In this document: piece by piece, positions 50,901 to 63,159 of the stretch
Layout: each line of letters opens with the position of its first letter
Numbering within the stretch: the stretch's first letter is position 1
DNA from: Paragordius varius
Lineage: Eukaryota; Animalia; Nematomorpha
Direction of reading: 5' to 3'
DNA: 64,000 nucleotides
Assembly: GCA_964247055.1 (NCBI GenBank)
Contig: OZ176053.1
Coordinates: forward strand, 8,308,001 to 8,372,000
Translations under genes and position numbers: made by a program
The notes under the pieces: model-generated
The model's database searches: none
What the model was told of the DNA's origin: nothing
The model's input: only the letters and a program-made list of their open reading frames with translations

Positions 50901-52787
50901 AAAATTCGGCGAGCCGCATTTGAAACAGAGGAATCAATAAATATTTTGATGGATTAAAAAGATACGACTGTAAAAATGGCAAAAGGCTGTTGTTTATTTC
51001 CCATAGTTTTGCTAGTTCGTTAATTTTTGTTTAAAAAATATCAATTTTCCTAGGATTTTGTGAGCATATTTTGTATTATGTTATTTTCCAAATTTTTGGC
51101 GGGCTGAAATATTATCTCGAAGGGCCGATGTTGGACACCCATTATCCCCGAAAATGAGTTAAAAGGACGACAATAATTTAAGGTTAAGTGTATCAAAAAA
51201 TTACTCTTTTTATTATCTTTTTTTATGTAAATCTAGTTTAATAATACTATTTAATTTTTCCATTATTTAAGGGCACACTATATCGTAAATCATAGGTTAA
51301 TTATAAGAGCAAATAATTGTATAAATATCCAATTTACGTTTTGGATGAATCCTTAAATCAAAAATTAAAATGGTATATATAAAAAAAGTAAGAATCGGAT
51401 GCATGCAATTGCGCAAAATATTATGGTTTATTTTAGAAATCTATTTATAAGGTCGTTTCAAAACCCGTGTAAAAATAATAATATCATTTAAGCCAATGTA
51501 AGAAAATAGACTTCCATTGAATTTAAATTCCATAACTTTTAATAATTTATTAATTTATAAAAGTTTTGTTAAAGTGATAAAATTTTATGGTTAATATGTA
51601 AAATTAGATTAAATTATTGGATATAATAGTTTTTCCATGTATTAATGAACCAATTTACACCAGTTTTATCTTTTAAACTGGTTCTGAAAAAGCTTCAAAA
51701 ACTGGGTAGCAAAACATCATTCTAATAACATAATTGCTATTTATTAAAGTTGCCATTAGAAAAAAGTGTGACACTATTGTGCAAAAATAACATCTTCCAT
51801 ATCGCAGAAATTATAAAATATCCAACATTCAACCGCATGAATGAAATTTAAAATATGGTTCTAAAACTTTAAATAGAAATAAAAGTAATTTTTTCTGCCG
51901 CGGGATAAAAAAAATATTTAATTTGTTAAAATTATTAGCTTATCCAGTTTTTAAAGTCATATCTCAGTGTAGTGAGATGCCTTGTGTTAAAAAGATCAAT
52001 TAAATTATATAAATAATTTTTTTAATAAATGAGCATGTAATAAATTAAATAAAAAATTTGATACTTTCAGCTGTTGTTTGAGATACTCTCCAATTACTTT
52101 AAGCTGTTGGAAATGTTGTGGATTGATACCCATAGATTTTGGGTCTTTTCCGCATTTCGATAATAAATCATCCACAACATTTAAAGCTTCCACTGCAAAT
52201 TCTTGGGTTTCATTAATTTTTTTATCTTCTAAAAGGAAAATTTGAAAATTAATATAATGTTAAAAAATACGTATACAAAGATATAAAAATAAAAACTTGT
52301 TTTTGGATTCGCTAAATCTAATAAAGGTTGTATAACATCTGTAGAGAATGTTTCATTTTTTTGCCACAAATTTAAAACTTTAACCACTTTTGGCTAAAAA
52401 TAAAAATTAATTATCAATTACTCTGTCTTCATGTTTACATTTATAAATACTCTTGAATGTTTGCTGTAAATTTTTCGCGAATCTGGGACCAAATACATCT
52501 TTATCACCAAATTGATGTTTTGAATTTCTGACAATGGCATCTATCACATACAAAGATCCCAATTTATATTCCGGAGGTGCCTATGTTTAAGATTTAAAAA
52601 AAACCTTATGGACAAACTTTTCTACACTCAAAACAATATGCTTATAATACTTTACAGATTTAAGAGCATTTTTTGTGATCAAACTCATACGAGCTTTTGA
52701 AACTGGCGGTTTTCCTTCATATATGGACATTAACTAAAATAAAAACAATGAGAATACCTCTTTTTGAAAATCTTTAACATTTTCCAT
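41913..52787 (-). CDS. SCAF4/8: SCAF4/SCAF8-like Pol II CTD-binding protein (CID + RRM), 20 exons, ~1328 aa. Exons: 52787-52758, 52733-52605, 52580-52422, 52393-52297, 52228-52065, 50822-50604, 49570-49422, 47911-47695, 47460-47409, 46933-46715, 46489-46405, 45999-45929, 45823-45703, 45318-45194, 44923-44820, 44681-44571, 44494-44320, 44242-44171, 43837-42757, 42519-41913
   Basis: CID: MENVKDFQKE|LMSIYEGKPPVSKARM...YYKHIVLSVEKFVHK|APPEYKLGSLYVIDAIVR...KDVFGPRF...VLNLWQKN. RRM: SKTLWIGRV...MVPPRGCAYV...HWDIKHGVFYFPY. All 19 introns are GT-AG with consistent phases; the low-complexity middle exons are less certain. Confidence 0.88.
48684..49282. mobile_element. MITE family A copy 2, inside intron 7 of the SCAF4/8-like gene
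   Basis: TATA|CCATTTGCAC...GTGCAAATGG|TATA; 3+3 units of the 21-bp repeat. Confidence 0.92.
50150..50560. repeat. Dispersed repeat family C (inverted copy at ~62775-63150)
   Basis: GCTATTGTCGGGGCATTCATTAATGATTATATTTT and TTTGAATGGGTCTACCGGTTTTCCGGAAA are present in reverse complement at ~62790-62900. Confidence 0.85.
50878..51142. mobile_element. Possible hAT/Charlie-like MITE relic
   Basis: Short TIR GGTGTCCAA (50881) / TTGGACACC (51131-51139); no clear TSD. Confidence 0.35.
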
Positions 52788-55749
52788 CTTAAACTATACA
52801 GGTGAATAAATCTGATTATATGGTTTTATGTGCATGTTTCTCTGTTTTAAATATTGATTTTGATCGTAAGTTTGCAAGAATAAATTAACTACCTGTTTAT
52901 ATTAAAACCTGAACACTGATCCATGAAGCCAATATAAAATTAATAATATTTAAAAGTATTTTGCCAAAATGTAACAATTGTTTGCACTTTAATTTTTCTA
53001 ACAATGCTCTTTATTACCATTATCTACTCTTTTTTTACTAAATAATTGGTTCTATAACTGATGAATTTATTATAATATATATTTATTTGGGAGATAATAA
53101 TATATTGTTCTTTTAAAATGAATTTATTTATAAAATAAATTTCCTGTTTCCTTCTCCAAAATTTATATTACCACTACATCTTAGCTTTTTGGTCCTAGTT
53201 TACATTTTGGGTGTAAAACTACAGTTTTGAAAGTTATTTTAATTAAAAAATATCAAACATTGTCACCATGTATAATAAAAAAACTTAAATTTTCACGGTT
53301 TTGTGAATTCTAGAGTCTAAAATTGAAACAGCTCCAAAACACGATAAACTGAACAGCTGATATTAAAATAAAAGTATAAGGGGTTTTACTGGTAAAATGT
53401 AGCAAAAAAGCTTCTTTAAGTTATTTATTTACATTTTCTAACCATAATATACATATATTTGCATGTTTCATTAGCGAATTAGAAAAATATGTAAAAATGG
53501 CGGCAAAAAGTTTGAGATGAGGATATTTCAATTTTTTAAAAAAAAATTTGTATAATACGCCCAAAAGATTAAGGAAAGAATATTTTTGACGGAATACATT
53601 AAATCAGATATTCAAATTTTAAATCGCTCTGGGATATAAAACTGGCCCAAAATGTATTGGAGTGGAATATGCCAAATATTAACAACTTATGCATCTGTTT
53701 CAATCATGCCCATTTAATTTTGAGCTTTCTTAGTACATGTAAACAAAGAGAATTTTAAAGAAAGTATTTGGCTAGATGTATTAAATGTAAAAAATATTTT
53801 CAAGCTATCTACTGCTCACGCCTTTTGATGAATTTTAAAATACATATGGAAAAGATATATGACCATATAGACATATGAAGATTGCCCTGTCATGATGAGT
53901 GTTATGTAGTGTACCCAATTACTGTTAAGGAAATGTTGGTTTATATACATAAGAAAGTAATAACATCTGTTACATAAAAAGAGAATTCAATAATTTTTAT
54001 TACAACAATGAGCATAATATTTAAACTATTGGCCCAACAGGCATTTTAGCTGATATTTAACTTTTTATGACCTTTTGCCTTTTTTGTTCGCGATGGCATA
54101 TTGCGTTTATATCCGAATCTTGTAAAACTGATTGAAATTATTTTAGCCTAAATTCAATTATCAAACGATGTTCTGGTGTTTTTACAGTTTTTTAACTTTT
54201 AGAAAAATATGATGAAACTAAACAGCTAATTAATCAACAAATAACAAATTTTTGCTGTAAAATGTAAATTAAAGGCCTACTAAAGTTAATTATTTACATT
54301 TTCTAACCATAATATAGATTTATTTGCCTATTGTATTAGCAATGTATGAAAAATTAACCCAGGAGAAAAAGTTTGAGATAATTTGAAATTTTTTCAGATA
54401 ATCTTTTTTGTATTATGCGCCGAAAGGGCTAAAAATCGTATTTTTAAAATCGGCCTAATTCCTTATATACTTTTTAAGATATTCTAAATCGCTCTGGGAT
54501 ATAAAAATATCCCAAAAGATGAAGTGTTAAATTATTGATTTTACCTACATATGTGTCAATCAGCTATGTATTTCTCGGTATTATATGGTGCACGGGCGTT
54601 GAGATAAATAAATTTTGGCCCGTCAAAATTTGGTTAGTACCACTGGTTTGAACGATCACTTGATGACAGTTTAATATCCCAGGGCCATTTATAATTTAAT
54701 GTAAATATTTTTAGCATCGGACCAAATTTAATATGCTTTTTTTGCGAAATTTTATTTTGGATAAAATACACAGATAACTGTATATTTTATTAATATATAA
54801 ATTAACTTTGAACATCATACAATTAACCACCAAATTTAAATATTTATTAATTACATTATCAGTTGTTTGTTTCAAACGTGTTTGGAGTTATCGAATTTTG
54901 TACGCTAGAACTTTGAAAAATGTAAAAATCCTAAGTTTTTTATTTAATACAGGAGAACAGGGTTTCATAATTAATTAACCGAAATTCAAATTAGTTTTTT
55001 TTTACTTTAAACTTTAGAGTCAGAAACTAGCCCAAAATGTCATCGCGTACAAAAAATGAAAATATAATAAAGTGTTAAAAAAATTTGAAAAAAATATTTG
55101 GCGGAAAAGAATCTGAGATAAGCACGCTCTATAAATAAAGATTACAACCTTTTGTATAATATTAATGCGCGAAAAAGCCAGAAAATACATATATTTCTCT
55201 AATTTTAAATATAAATTTATTTTGGACATTAGGTTATAAAGCAATCTTTTATAATTAATTGATTTGATAATGTATCTAGATATCTAACCTTATAATTAAA
55301 AAATTCGTTTTAAATTGTTAAATCGGTTGTGTAAAATCTTCTTAAATTTGAAGGCGACCAAACTTGTTTATCAATTTATGAGGTTTTAGAACTCTACAGC
55401 AGAATTGAATAGCTATGTTGTATCATCGTGTTTTGTTGAAAAGGACATGTAAAAAATTATACGTTAATTAACCTTTTATGATGTATATGAACCCGGGTTA
55501 CAAGACTTGCAGAGGTCGTCGCATACATATAAACAAATGGGGCGGTTTTTTCAGAGTTAGACCAATATCCGGTTAATCCAACCCATAAAAATTGGCTCTT
55601 GTTCACACCTCAAAAACTAGAATGTTCCAATAAATAGTTTTAACCTATAAAGATATTTAGGATCATAGTTGAGAAGGGTTTTACCCAGTTTATGGTATAA
55701 TCCGCTTTATTAATTTTTGTCTATTTCCCCGTTCCCCCTGCCCTTCCTT

Positions 55750-56750
55750 TTTTCATTTTGCATATTGGGATGTTCGGACAATCACAGGGACCCTCCATAC
55801 CAACTTTAAAATTGATAACATAAATATTTGAGGAAACACGCTAAAATTAGTAATTATTAAAATGAAAAAAGTCTAGAACACACAAATGGTAATTTCTAAA
55901 TCCATCTCATTGTACTCTGGATAGCCATAGCAGGATTGAAACAGGTATTAACGAATTCTTCGCATCAAAGTGAAATGATAGATTGATTGAACATATAACA
56001 CACACATGAAAATTTAGTCTGATCAGGTACATATTCTCACCAGTAGTTCTTGGTATGGGTAAATTTATACTTCTATTGACCACTTCCCAACACGATATTA
56101 AACTGACTCAAGAACGGTATAATTATTCTTACAGGCGATTTTAATGCCCCGATCGATATTATTTATGGCATCACCGAGGGCTTTGACCTGAAAAATAAAT
56201 CTTCGCGGATACCATGAATCAATTTTTACCAATACATTGTTAAATATTCCTGTCAGACGGCGATGCACATGAGATTTTCCATAACACAACCTTATTCCAA
56301 AAAATGGCTAAATGCATTTAGTTGTGTTAAAACATTTCATCAGATTGTTTATAAAATAAAATCAATTCGATAAAATCAAATAGCATTATCATTTTTCAAA
56401 AAATTACTATAATTTTAGCTTTACTGAACAACTAAAATTGATACCAACAACCAGTGGCTTCGTAGCACACACTAAAAGGAATTGTACATTTTCCACTTCT
56501 ATCAATTAACCAATTATTAAATAAATTAATGATTCTAAAATTGAACCCATTTAAATTCTTAAAATTTATGTTGAATGTTTCCCAGTCACCTTGGATATTA
56601 TAATGATTGCAAAGAACATACAAACCAATAAAAATATCTAAAATCTATTATTCAGTAGAATGGTAATTTCGGAATGTGACATCCGTGCATGTTCAGCCAT
56701 GGATTGCATATGCAATTACATCCATATAAACGCTTCACATATGTGATGCT
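55750..56750 (+). mobile_element. Degenerate LINE APE-endonuclease remnant
   Basis: Plus-strand peptide relics in the expected order: FAYWDVRT (TWNVRT-like), FEETR (QET-like), IILTGDFNAP and LDIIMI (IDYI-like). Many stops. Confidence 0.5.
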
Positions 56751-58442
56751 TTCGAAATATCTTCGTTATTTCCTGGAGAGCTTATATTTTAAACGCATAT
56801 GAACTAAACCAAACTTTAAATCTACAATCAACTAGGTTTACTCTATGATCCTAATCGTTAGTACAATATAATATTATTCAAAGTTTGATCAAGCGAAGAA
56901 ATTATTTTAAAGCAGACCGCCGATTGTATTTTCAGTCAATCTATAAAAATCTTCAAGCGGAGCTTTATATTGTACGAGATGATAAAAATAGGCAAAGGAT
57001 AAAAGATTAGATAATAATATTAATTTCACATATTTAAAAAGATATTCATAAACGGCTAGGCCAATAAGTTAAACTATAATCTTATTCAGAATGTTTTATT
57101 ATGGGTTGTTTTTTATGTAATTAAGGATTTTATTATTATAATATCGAAAACGCCGCGATCTAACATACCGTATCAAAATAAGACGATTATAAAAAATTAT
57201 TAACGAAATCTTAAACATACGAAAATTATTTTCGATAATTAAACTATATAAAGAGCTGTAATGTTTCATAGACCTAGTTTAAACATTGTTCGACTAGTAA
57301 GTTTGACAATTACAATAGCACGGGGTACACCCCTTTGTACAATTGGTCAACCAATTGTCAGAGTACCGTGAGCTATATAAGTATTTGGAAAAAACCTTTT
57401 AAAACTTTTTATAATAAAATTTTTATGATTGCAAATGTTTGTATATATATATATATATAAATATTAAAATATTATTATGATAAATTTTTTACTGTAGGTC
57501 AGTGTTATTAAATTATCTTATTAGAAATAAAAAGGAATTAAAAAAAATACCGTACATAACCTGCGCTTTGGAAAGGACATTATTGTTTGATTTTTGGAAC
57601 AGAGGTTTGATATTAATAGAGTTGTTGATAAGCGACAATAGTTTTAATAAAATAAAACGTTATCGACAAAAAACAATAATAATTTAACCGAGCAGACGAT
57701 AACCCAAATAAAATTTATAAGCATATATGGTTAAAATTAAATAAATAATTTAGTATAAAAAGGTACTTATCTTTGATTTTCCTGTGACATAGGTTCTGTT
57801 CCCCTAAACAACTGAAGTTAAACGTCAACTTTTATTAAAAAAGAATTCATTTCCGAGTATCGTAAAACTTCATCAGGGTAATAAGCCTCTTTTTGCACTC
57901 TTTACAAATAAAAAATCATCCATATTACTAAAGTGTAAATATATAAAATGTATATGGTTTTCCGACTAGTAAATTTATTTTATTGTCAAATTTTTTTATT
58001 AAAAACATATGACTATAAGAAGCGTTTCAGAGCTTATGGAGGTATACTAGGGAATATTAAATGTATACAAAATTATATGACTCTAATAATTAAAAAAATT
58101 AAGTATGATCGGGTTCTATAAATATTATTTTTTAACTGCAATATATACTAAAATATGTGGAATTAGGACTGTTACAAAATACATTCATAAGCGGTCAAAC
58201 CGGTTCATAATTTAACAAGTCAAAAAACATTGGTTATTATAAATAATCTAATAAAACCTTTATTAGTGAAAAAATAGTTGTTGTTTTAATTATAACTAAA
58301 TCTCTCATCCTCTGTAATGTTGTAAAAATAATTAAAAAAAACTGTTTACGAAAATGCAAATTATGGCTTATTGTGGACACCATAAAATACAGCGACATTT
58401 TTGCATGACGCCAAGTGTAAAAAAACAAAAAATGTAAAAAAA

Positions 58443-58514
58443 CTCCCCGGCCGGGAATTGAACCCGGGTCTCCCGCGTGACAGGCGGGGATACTTACCAC
58501 TATACTACCGAGGA
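58443..58514 (-). tRNA. trnD-GTC: tRNA-Asp (GTC)
   Basis: TCCTCGGTAGTATAGTGGTAAGTATCCCCGCCTGTCACGCGGGAGACCCGGGTTCAATTCCCGGCCGGGGAG: cloverleaf with A and B boxes and anticodon GTC, followed by a T-run Pol III terminator. Confidence 0.97.
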
Positions 58515-58578
58515 TATGAGAGGCTAGTAAAAACCTAACATTATAAACACATTTGCAATTTAACATCTGATTTTAATT

Positions 58579-59871
58579 ATGACTGAAATCATTCTAAGTT
58601 TTCACAATAGTTGCGTTAGAAAATCGGATATAAATCTCTTGTTAACACACTCATCAGATAAATGGCTGAATGATGTAATAATTGGCTTTGTTTTCGAGTA
58701 TTTTGAATACAATTTATTTAAAAAATATTCTAAATTTATTTCCTTTCTCGATCCATCCGTCGCCCAATTTTTAAAGCTATCCTCAGAAAACGACTTAGAA
58801 ATATTACTCAATCCTCTAGATCTAAAAAGTAAAGAATTAATTTTTTTGCCTGTCAATGATCATGCTTCAATATCTGATTCTGGAGGTACTCATTGGAGCC
58901 TTGCTGTATTCGTAAAATCAAATCTTACCTACAATATATATCATTATGACTCACAACATATGGTATCTGGATTATCAAGTAATTATTGTCATGCTGCCAA
59001 AATGTCAGAAAAATTATTACATTATTTAACCAAAGATCATGTTAAAACCCCTAACGCTTCTGACAAAAAGGAATTGCATTTTATCACAAAATCCTTTCGT
59101 AATGGCTTTATTCGAACATCTCCCCGTTTGACGAAGCTTAACGGTGAATCTGGAACTGATTCGCATTTTAAGTTAATTGAAGTAACTCGATGCCCCCAGC
59201 AAATTAATGGTTACGATTGTGGCGTTTACTGTATTGCATTTGCACAAATTATCGCTCAATCTTACATCGAATATAAAATATCGTGTGCTTCTTTGGAGAG
59301 TCCCAAACCTAAAAAAGAAAAATTATCAGAAAGGAACAAACTCTTTCGCAAAGCCAAAATAAATTTAAAACATGATTCCGAGGAAGTAACTGGTACAAAG
59401 TTACCCACGGATTTAGATGAAGAGGAAGATTTGAATCATTATTTAGAACGAGGAAGTGCTTTAAACTTTTCTAAAGCCGATAGGCTGAGTGAAAATACTT
59501 CAAGTGCCACATCTTCAGCCACTTCTTTGTCTGATAATGATATTCAAGCCTTATCTAATATTAAGAATACTGCCTTACCTCCTATTTCCAGTAGTTTTAA
59601 CGATTCTCCCAATTTTGTTTTGCCTTACATGCAGGCACCAGCAGACAATGTAGTACAGATGAATATAGATACTGATAACACAAAATTAATTCCTCAAATC
59701 CTATTAACTAAGGATGTATCAGGTGCGATTAAACCCCTTGAATCGACTCACCAATCATTAAATTTTATCGCTCCTAATGTTTGCAAAAATATTACCCCTG
59801 AATATATATCGCATAAACGGCTTGAAATATATGAAACTATCATAAAATTAGGACAAAAGGGGAAAAAATAA
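58579..59871 (+). CDS. SENP8: SENP8/NEDP1-like deneddylase (C48 peptidase), intronless, 430 aa with large insertions
   Basis: WLNDVIIGF, IFLPVND, GGTHWSL (His), HYDS (Asp) and PQQINGYDCGVY (oxyanion Gln and catalytic Cys); terminal ITPEYISHKRLEI helix. Confidence 0.92.
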   Translation: MTEIILSFHNSCVRKSDINLLLTHSSDKWLNDVIIGFVFEYFEYNLFKKYSKFISFLDPSVAQFLKLSSENDLEILLNPLDLKSKELIFLPVNDHASISDSGGTHWSLAVFVKSNLTYNIYHYDSQHMVSGLSSNYCHAAKMSEKLLHYLTKDHVKTPNASDKKELHFITKSFRNGFIRTSPRLTKLNGESGTDSHFKLIEVTRCPQQINGYDCGVYCIAFAQIIAQSYIEYKISCASLESPKPKKEKLSERNKLFRKAKINLKHDSEEVTGTKLPTDLDEEEDLNHYLERGSALNFSKADRLSENTSSATSSATSLSDNDIQALSNIKNTALPPISSSFNDSPNFVLPYMQAPADNVVQMNIDTDNTKLIPQILLTKDVSGAIKPLESTHQSLNFIAPNVCKNITPEYISHKRLEIYETIIKLGQKGKK

Positions 59872-62058
59872 ATCTATGGAAAGAATCAATTTTGCGACAG
59901 CATTCTTTGTGTTTGATCTAGTCCCAGTCGCTAAAAATTTGCTGATTTTTCCCATGATTCTTGCCGCTTTCTGGTCTACATGATGCGTTTGTGATATAAA
60001 TTATTATAAATCATATGTGCCATTTAGAATAGAATATAATAAATAAAACATAACTATTTGTACTAGTATTGGCATTAAAGTTATTTACATTTTTTACGAG
60101 CATTGTTACTTTGTAAGAGGTAAAAATCAATAAATGCAGAGTTAGATATTAAACCAGTTTACATTGAAGCGTTTGTAGGGATCGCACGTTTTTAAGGGAT
60201 AAAAATAAAACCATGGAATAGTTTTGGACATGGGAATTTATGTAGAAGGAAATGAATATTTATAAATTGGTACTGAAATTAGATACAAACTTTACGTAAA
60301 CCCAAGAAACTGAGCAAGATTAGTTGAATCTTTTTAGCATTTTATGCAAATGTATAAAAAAAATAATCCTAAAATTCAAGCTCAATACTGTTTTAATTAA
60401 AAACTTTTAACTAGCTGAGCCCTGTTACATATCGCTGCTCTGATTCAGTAAAAATGGGCTAAAATATTTTTTCTTCAATAAACTGGGGATGAAAACTGGC
60501 GTGTTGTTTCAACAACCAATTAGTCAGAATATCCTAAATCATTCTTTAAAACTCGCATCCTTTTGTATTTAGCCATTGAACGAAATGGTTGTTATGTTAT
60601 AATTGTTTTTTAAAAGCAACCTTCAATAAACACTAATTTTTCTACCGCACAACTTTTATACCCCAAGTAGGGTTATAGCCCTATAGCATTATACATTAAT
60701 AAAGGAATTATACCATTTTTATAAATGGGCCTAGACATTTTCCGGAAATTATGATTTTACATTTTGATTAATATAAAGATAATATAATGACGAAATAGGG
60801 AATTCTAAAAAATTCACCTTTTAAGAATTACCATCGTTAGCATTTCTACAATGCGCATTCTCGACTAATGTCTGGGATTTGAATTTTCGAATGTACAACA
60901 GAAAATATGCATTAAAGCTACAATTGCTATTAATACCATTACTCAAACCGTGGCCCTAAGAGTGCTTTTTTATGGCCGTGATTATTTATTAAATGCCTAT
61001 TTTGAGCATATATATCTGCAATGTTTTTAACAGTTATGGAATATAGGTATAATATGGTGCACGGCCCCTGATACAAGACAAATAATTTTCAGTCCTTAAA
61101 ATTTAGGGGTACAACAACACTATTTCGACCAGATTATTTTTTAAAAATTTCTCCACAATTATTGTACAGAGGCATACATAGGTTAGCCTTTACATCGGGG
61201 TTAGTTTAAAAAAGCAACCGACTATATCGTTATAATAAACTATGACTATATCAATTTTATATGCTGTATGTCGATCGCCTCAAAAAATACTTTTGTGAAA
61301 ATTTAGTTGCAAAGAGGGCTTGATTGAAAACGGTATTATTTCAAGGGCTATACTATGATTTGCAAGTATGAATAAAATTAAAATATATTCCTTATTTCGC
61401 ATGATTCCGGAAATGGTTTAACAATAGGCATTTAGTGGCGCTATTGAGACTTGAACCGCGCCAAACCTAGCTAAATCGCCTATCTTACTTGAGATTAAGT
61501 AAAAAAGATTTTTTAAACTTTAAATTTGAAAGGGTTCGTTAGTGAGACAACGGCTAGGAAAATCAAAACTATATCACAAAAATCCTTAATATTTTCGCAT
61601 GAATTATAACTTAAAATAATAAAAATTAAAGTTACGATCGTAATTATTTTAAGAGTAACTATTTTCACAATTTTTTGTAAAACCAACGATACTTTGAGAA
61701 GCATTCTTTCATCCGAAACCGCGGGAGTAGAATCGTATTTATGTAATATGCTTAACTTTATTTAATATTGTTTTCAAAATAAGATGTTTTACTAGCTTAG
61801 TTTGTGTCCAATATATATTAAAAGAAGACCCGTACATTTACTACAAAAAGAGCCAAATTTCAATCCAATCCACCATGAAACATAACTGGAACTAGTTTGC
61901 CCATTTATTTCTTCTAACTGAAACCAAAAATTTCGGTTCTGATCGCTGAAAAAGCGGATATGAGGAGTTTTAAGTTATCAATATCATAATTAAACATTTA
62001 TAAAAATTATCATTATACATTAAATAGATTTTTTTCAGGATTAGGTCATTAATATATA

Positions 62059-62704
62059 CCATTTGCACTTCAAGAGTGTCCTTGAACAATTCAAGTTGGT
62101 CCTTGAACACTTCAAATTGGTCCTTAAAATTTATAAATTTTGATTTAACCATAATTTTTCATTTATTTTTTTATTTTTTTATTTATATTTTTTTTATTTA
62201 TTATATATTTATTCATTTAAAAATAAAATATTTATTCAAAAACCACTTTTTTAAGACTAATTTTTTTCCAATTTAACAAAATTTTAAATTTTTAAATGTT
62301 TTAAATGGAGGTAAATAATAACCCATAAAACTTATGAATTTTTTAATTACGTGTTTCTTTTAAATATTCAAAATAATCTCAAGAAATTAATAAAGATATA
62401 CGGTTTCTCAAAGATTAAAAGTTGATATCGATTTAAAATTTATGTTAAATAATAGAAAATAGGTTAAAAACAATAAAATAGATGAATTATTTACGATTTT
62501 ATTGATAAAAGTTAAAAACAAAACAAAAAAGTCAAAGGACCAACTTGAATTGTTCAAGGACCAACTTGAATTGTTCAAGGACCAACTTGAACTGTTCAAA
62601 GACCAACTTGAAATGTTCAAGGACCAACTTGAAATGTAAGGACCAACTTGAAATGTTCAAGGACCAACTTGAAGTGTTCAAGGACACTCTTGAAGTGCAA
62701 ATGG
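62059..62704. mobile_element. MITE family A copy 3
   Basis: TATA|CCATTTGCACTTCAAGAGTGT...ACACTCTTGAAGTGCAAATGG|TATA; 2+7 units of the 21-bp repeat. Confidence 0.92.
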
Positions 62705-63159
62705 TATATTTGAAATATTTTTCCAAGTTATTTATCCATTAATTATAGCTTATAAAAATCAAACCGTCTGTTTTAATCTATATATTTATAAAAATGGAAA
62801 ACTTTGATCTATTTCCGGAAAACCGGTAGACCCATTCAAATCCAAATGTCGAAAAAATATAATCATTAATGAATGCCCCGACAATAGCTTCGCCCTTTTT
62901 TGAATTAGGCCTCCAGTTGGGGCCCATCCCGCGTTAGAAACGATTTTTTTGAAAATTGAAGTCCAAAAAAATCGTGTTTGGACAATTACCATTCGATTTC
63001 AAATATGATTTTTTTTATTTTTTTTATTGCGCCGAACATAGTATCTCGCTTTTTTAATTTAGGCCCTTTTACCCGCTCCACCCGTAAATTCCTATTTTTT
63101 TAAAAAATACCGATCAAAAAAATTTTTTTGAATTTATTCGCCCAAGGTATGAGACCGTA

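Noticed and set aside
52790-53060. Possible small minus-strand gene ending just upstream of the SCAF4/8 ATG (open stretch NQLFSKKRVD...ILASWISVQ)
   Set aside because: No recognisable homology, no start exon, and joining to the next open segment needs a 16-nt intron; cannot be supported without RNA data.
57500-58430. Candidate short minus-strand exons, and ORF 58237-58566 spanning the tRNA
   Set aside because: No phase-consistent model with a recognisable product; the ORF is open partly because it crosses the GC-rich tRNA.
62532-62742. 21-bp repeats as a CRISPR array, or their ORFs as genes
   Set aside because: The repeats are contiguous with no spacers, lie inside MITE arms, and no cas genes are present in this eukaryotic context.
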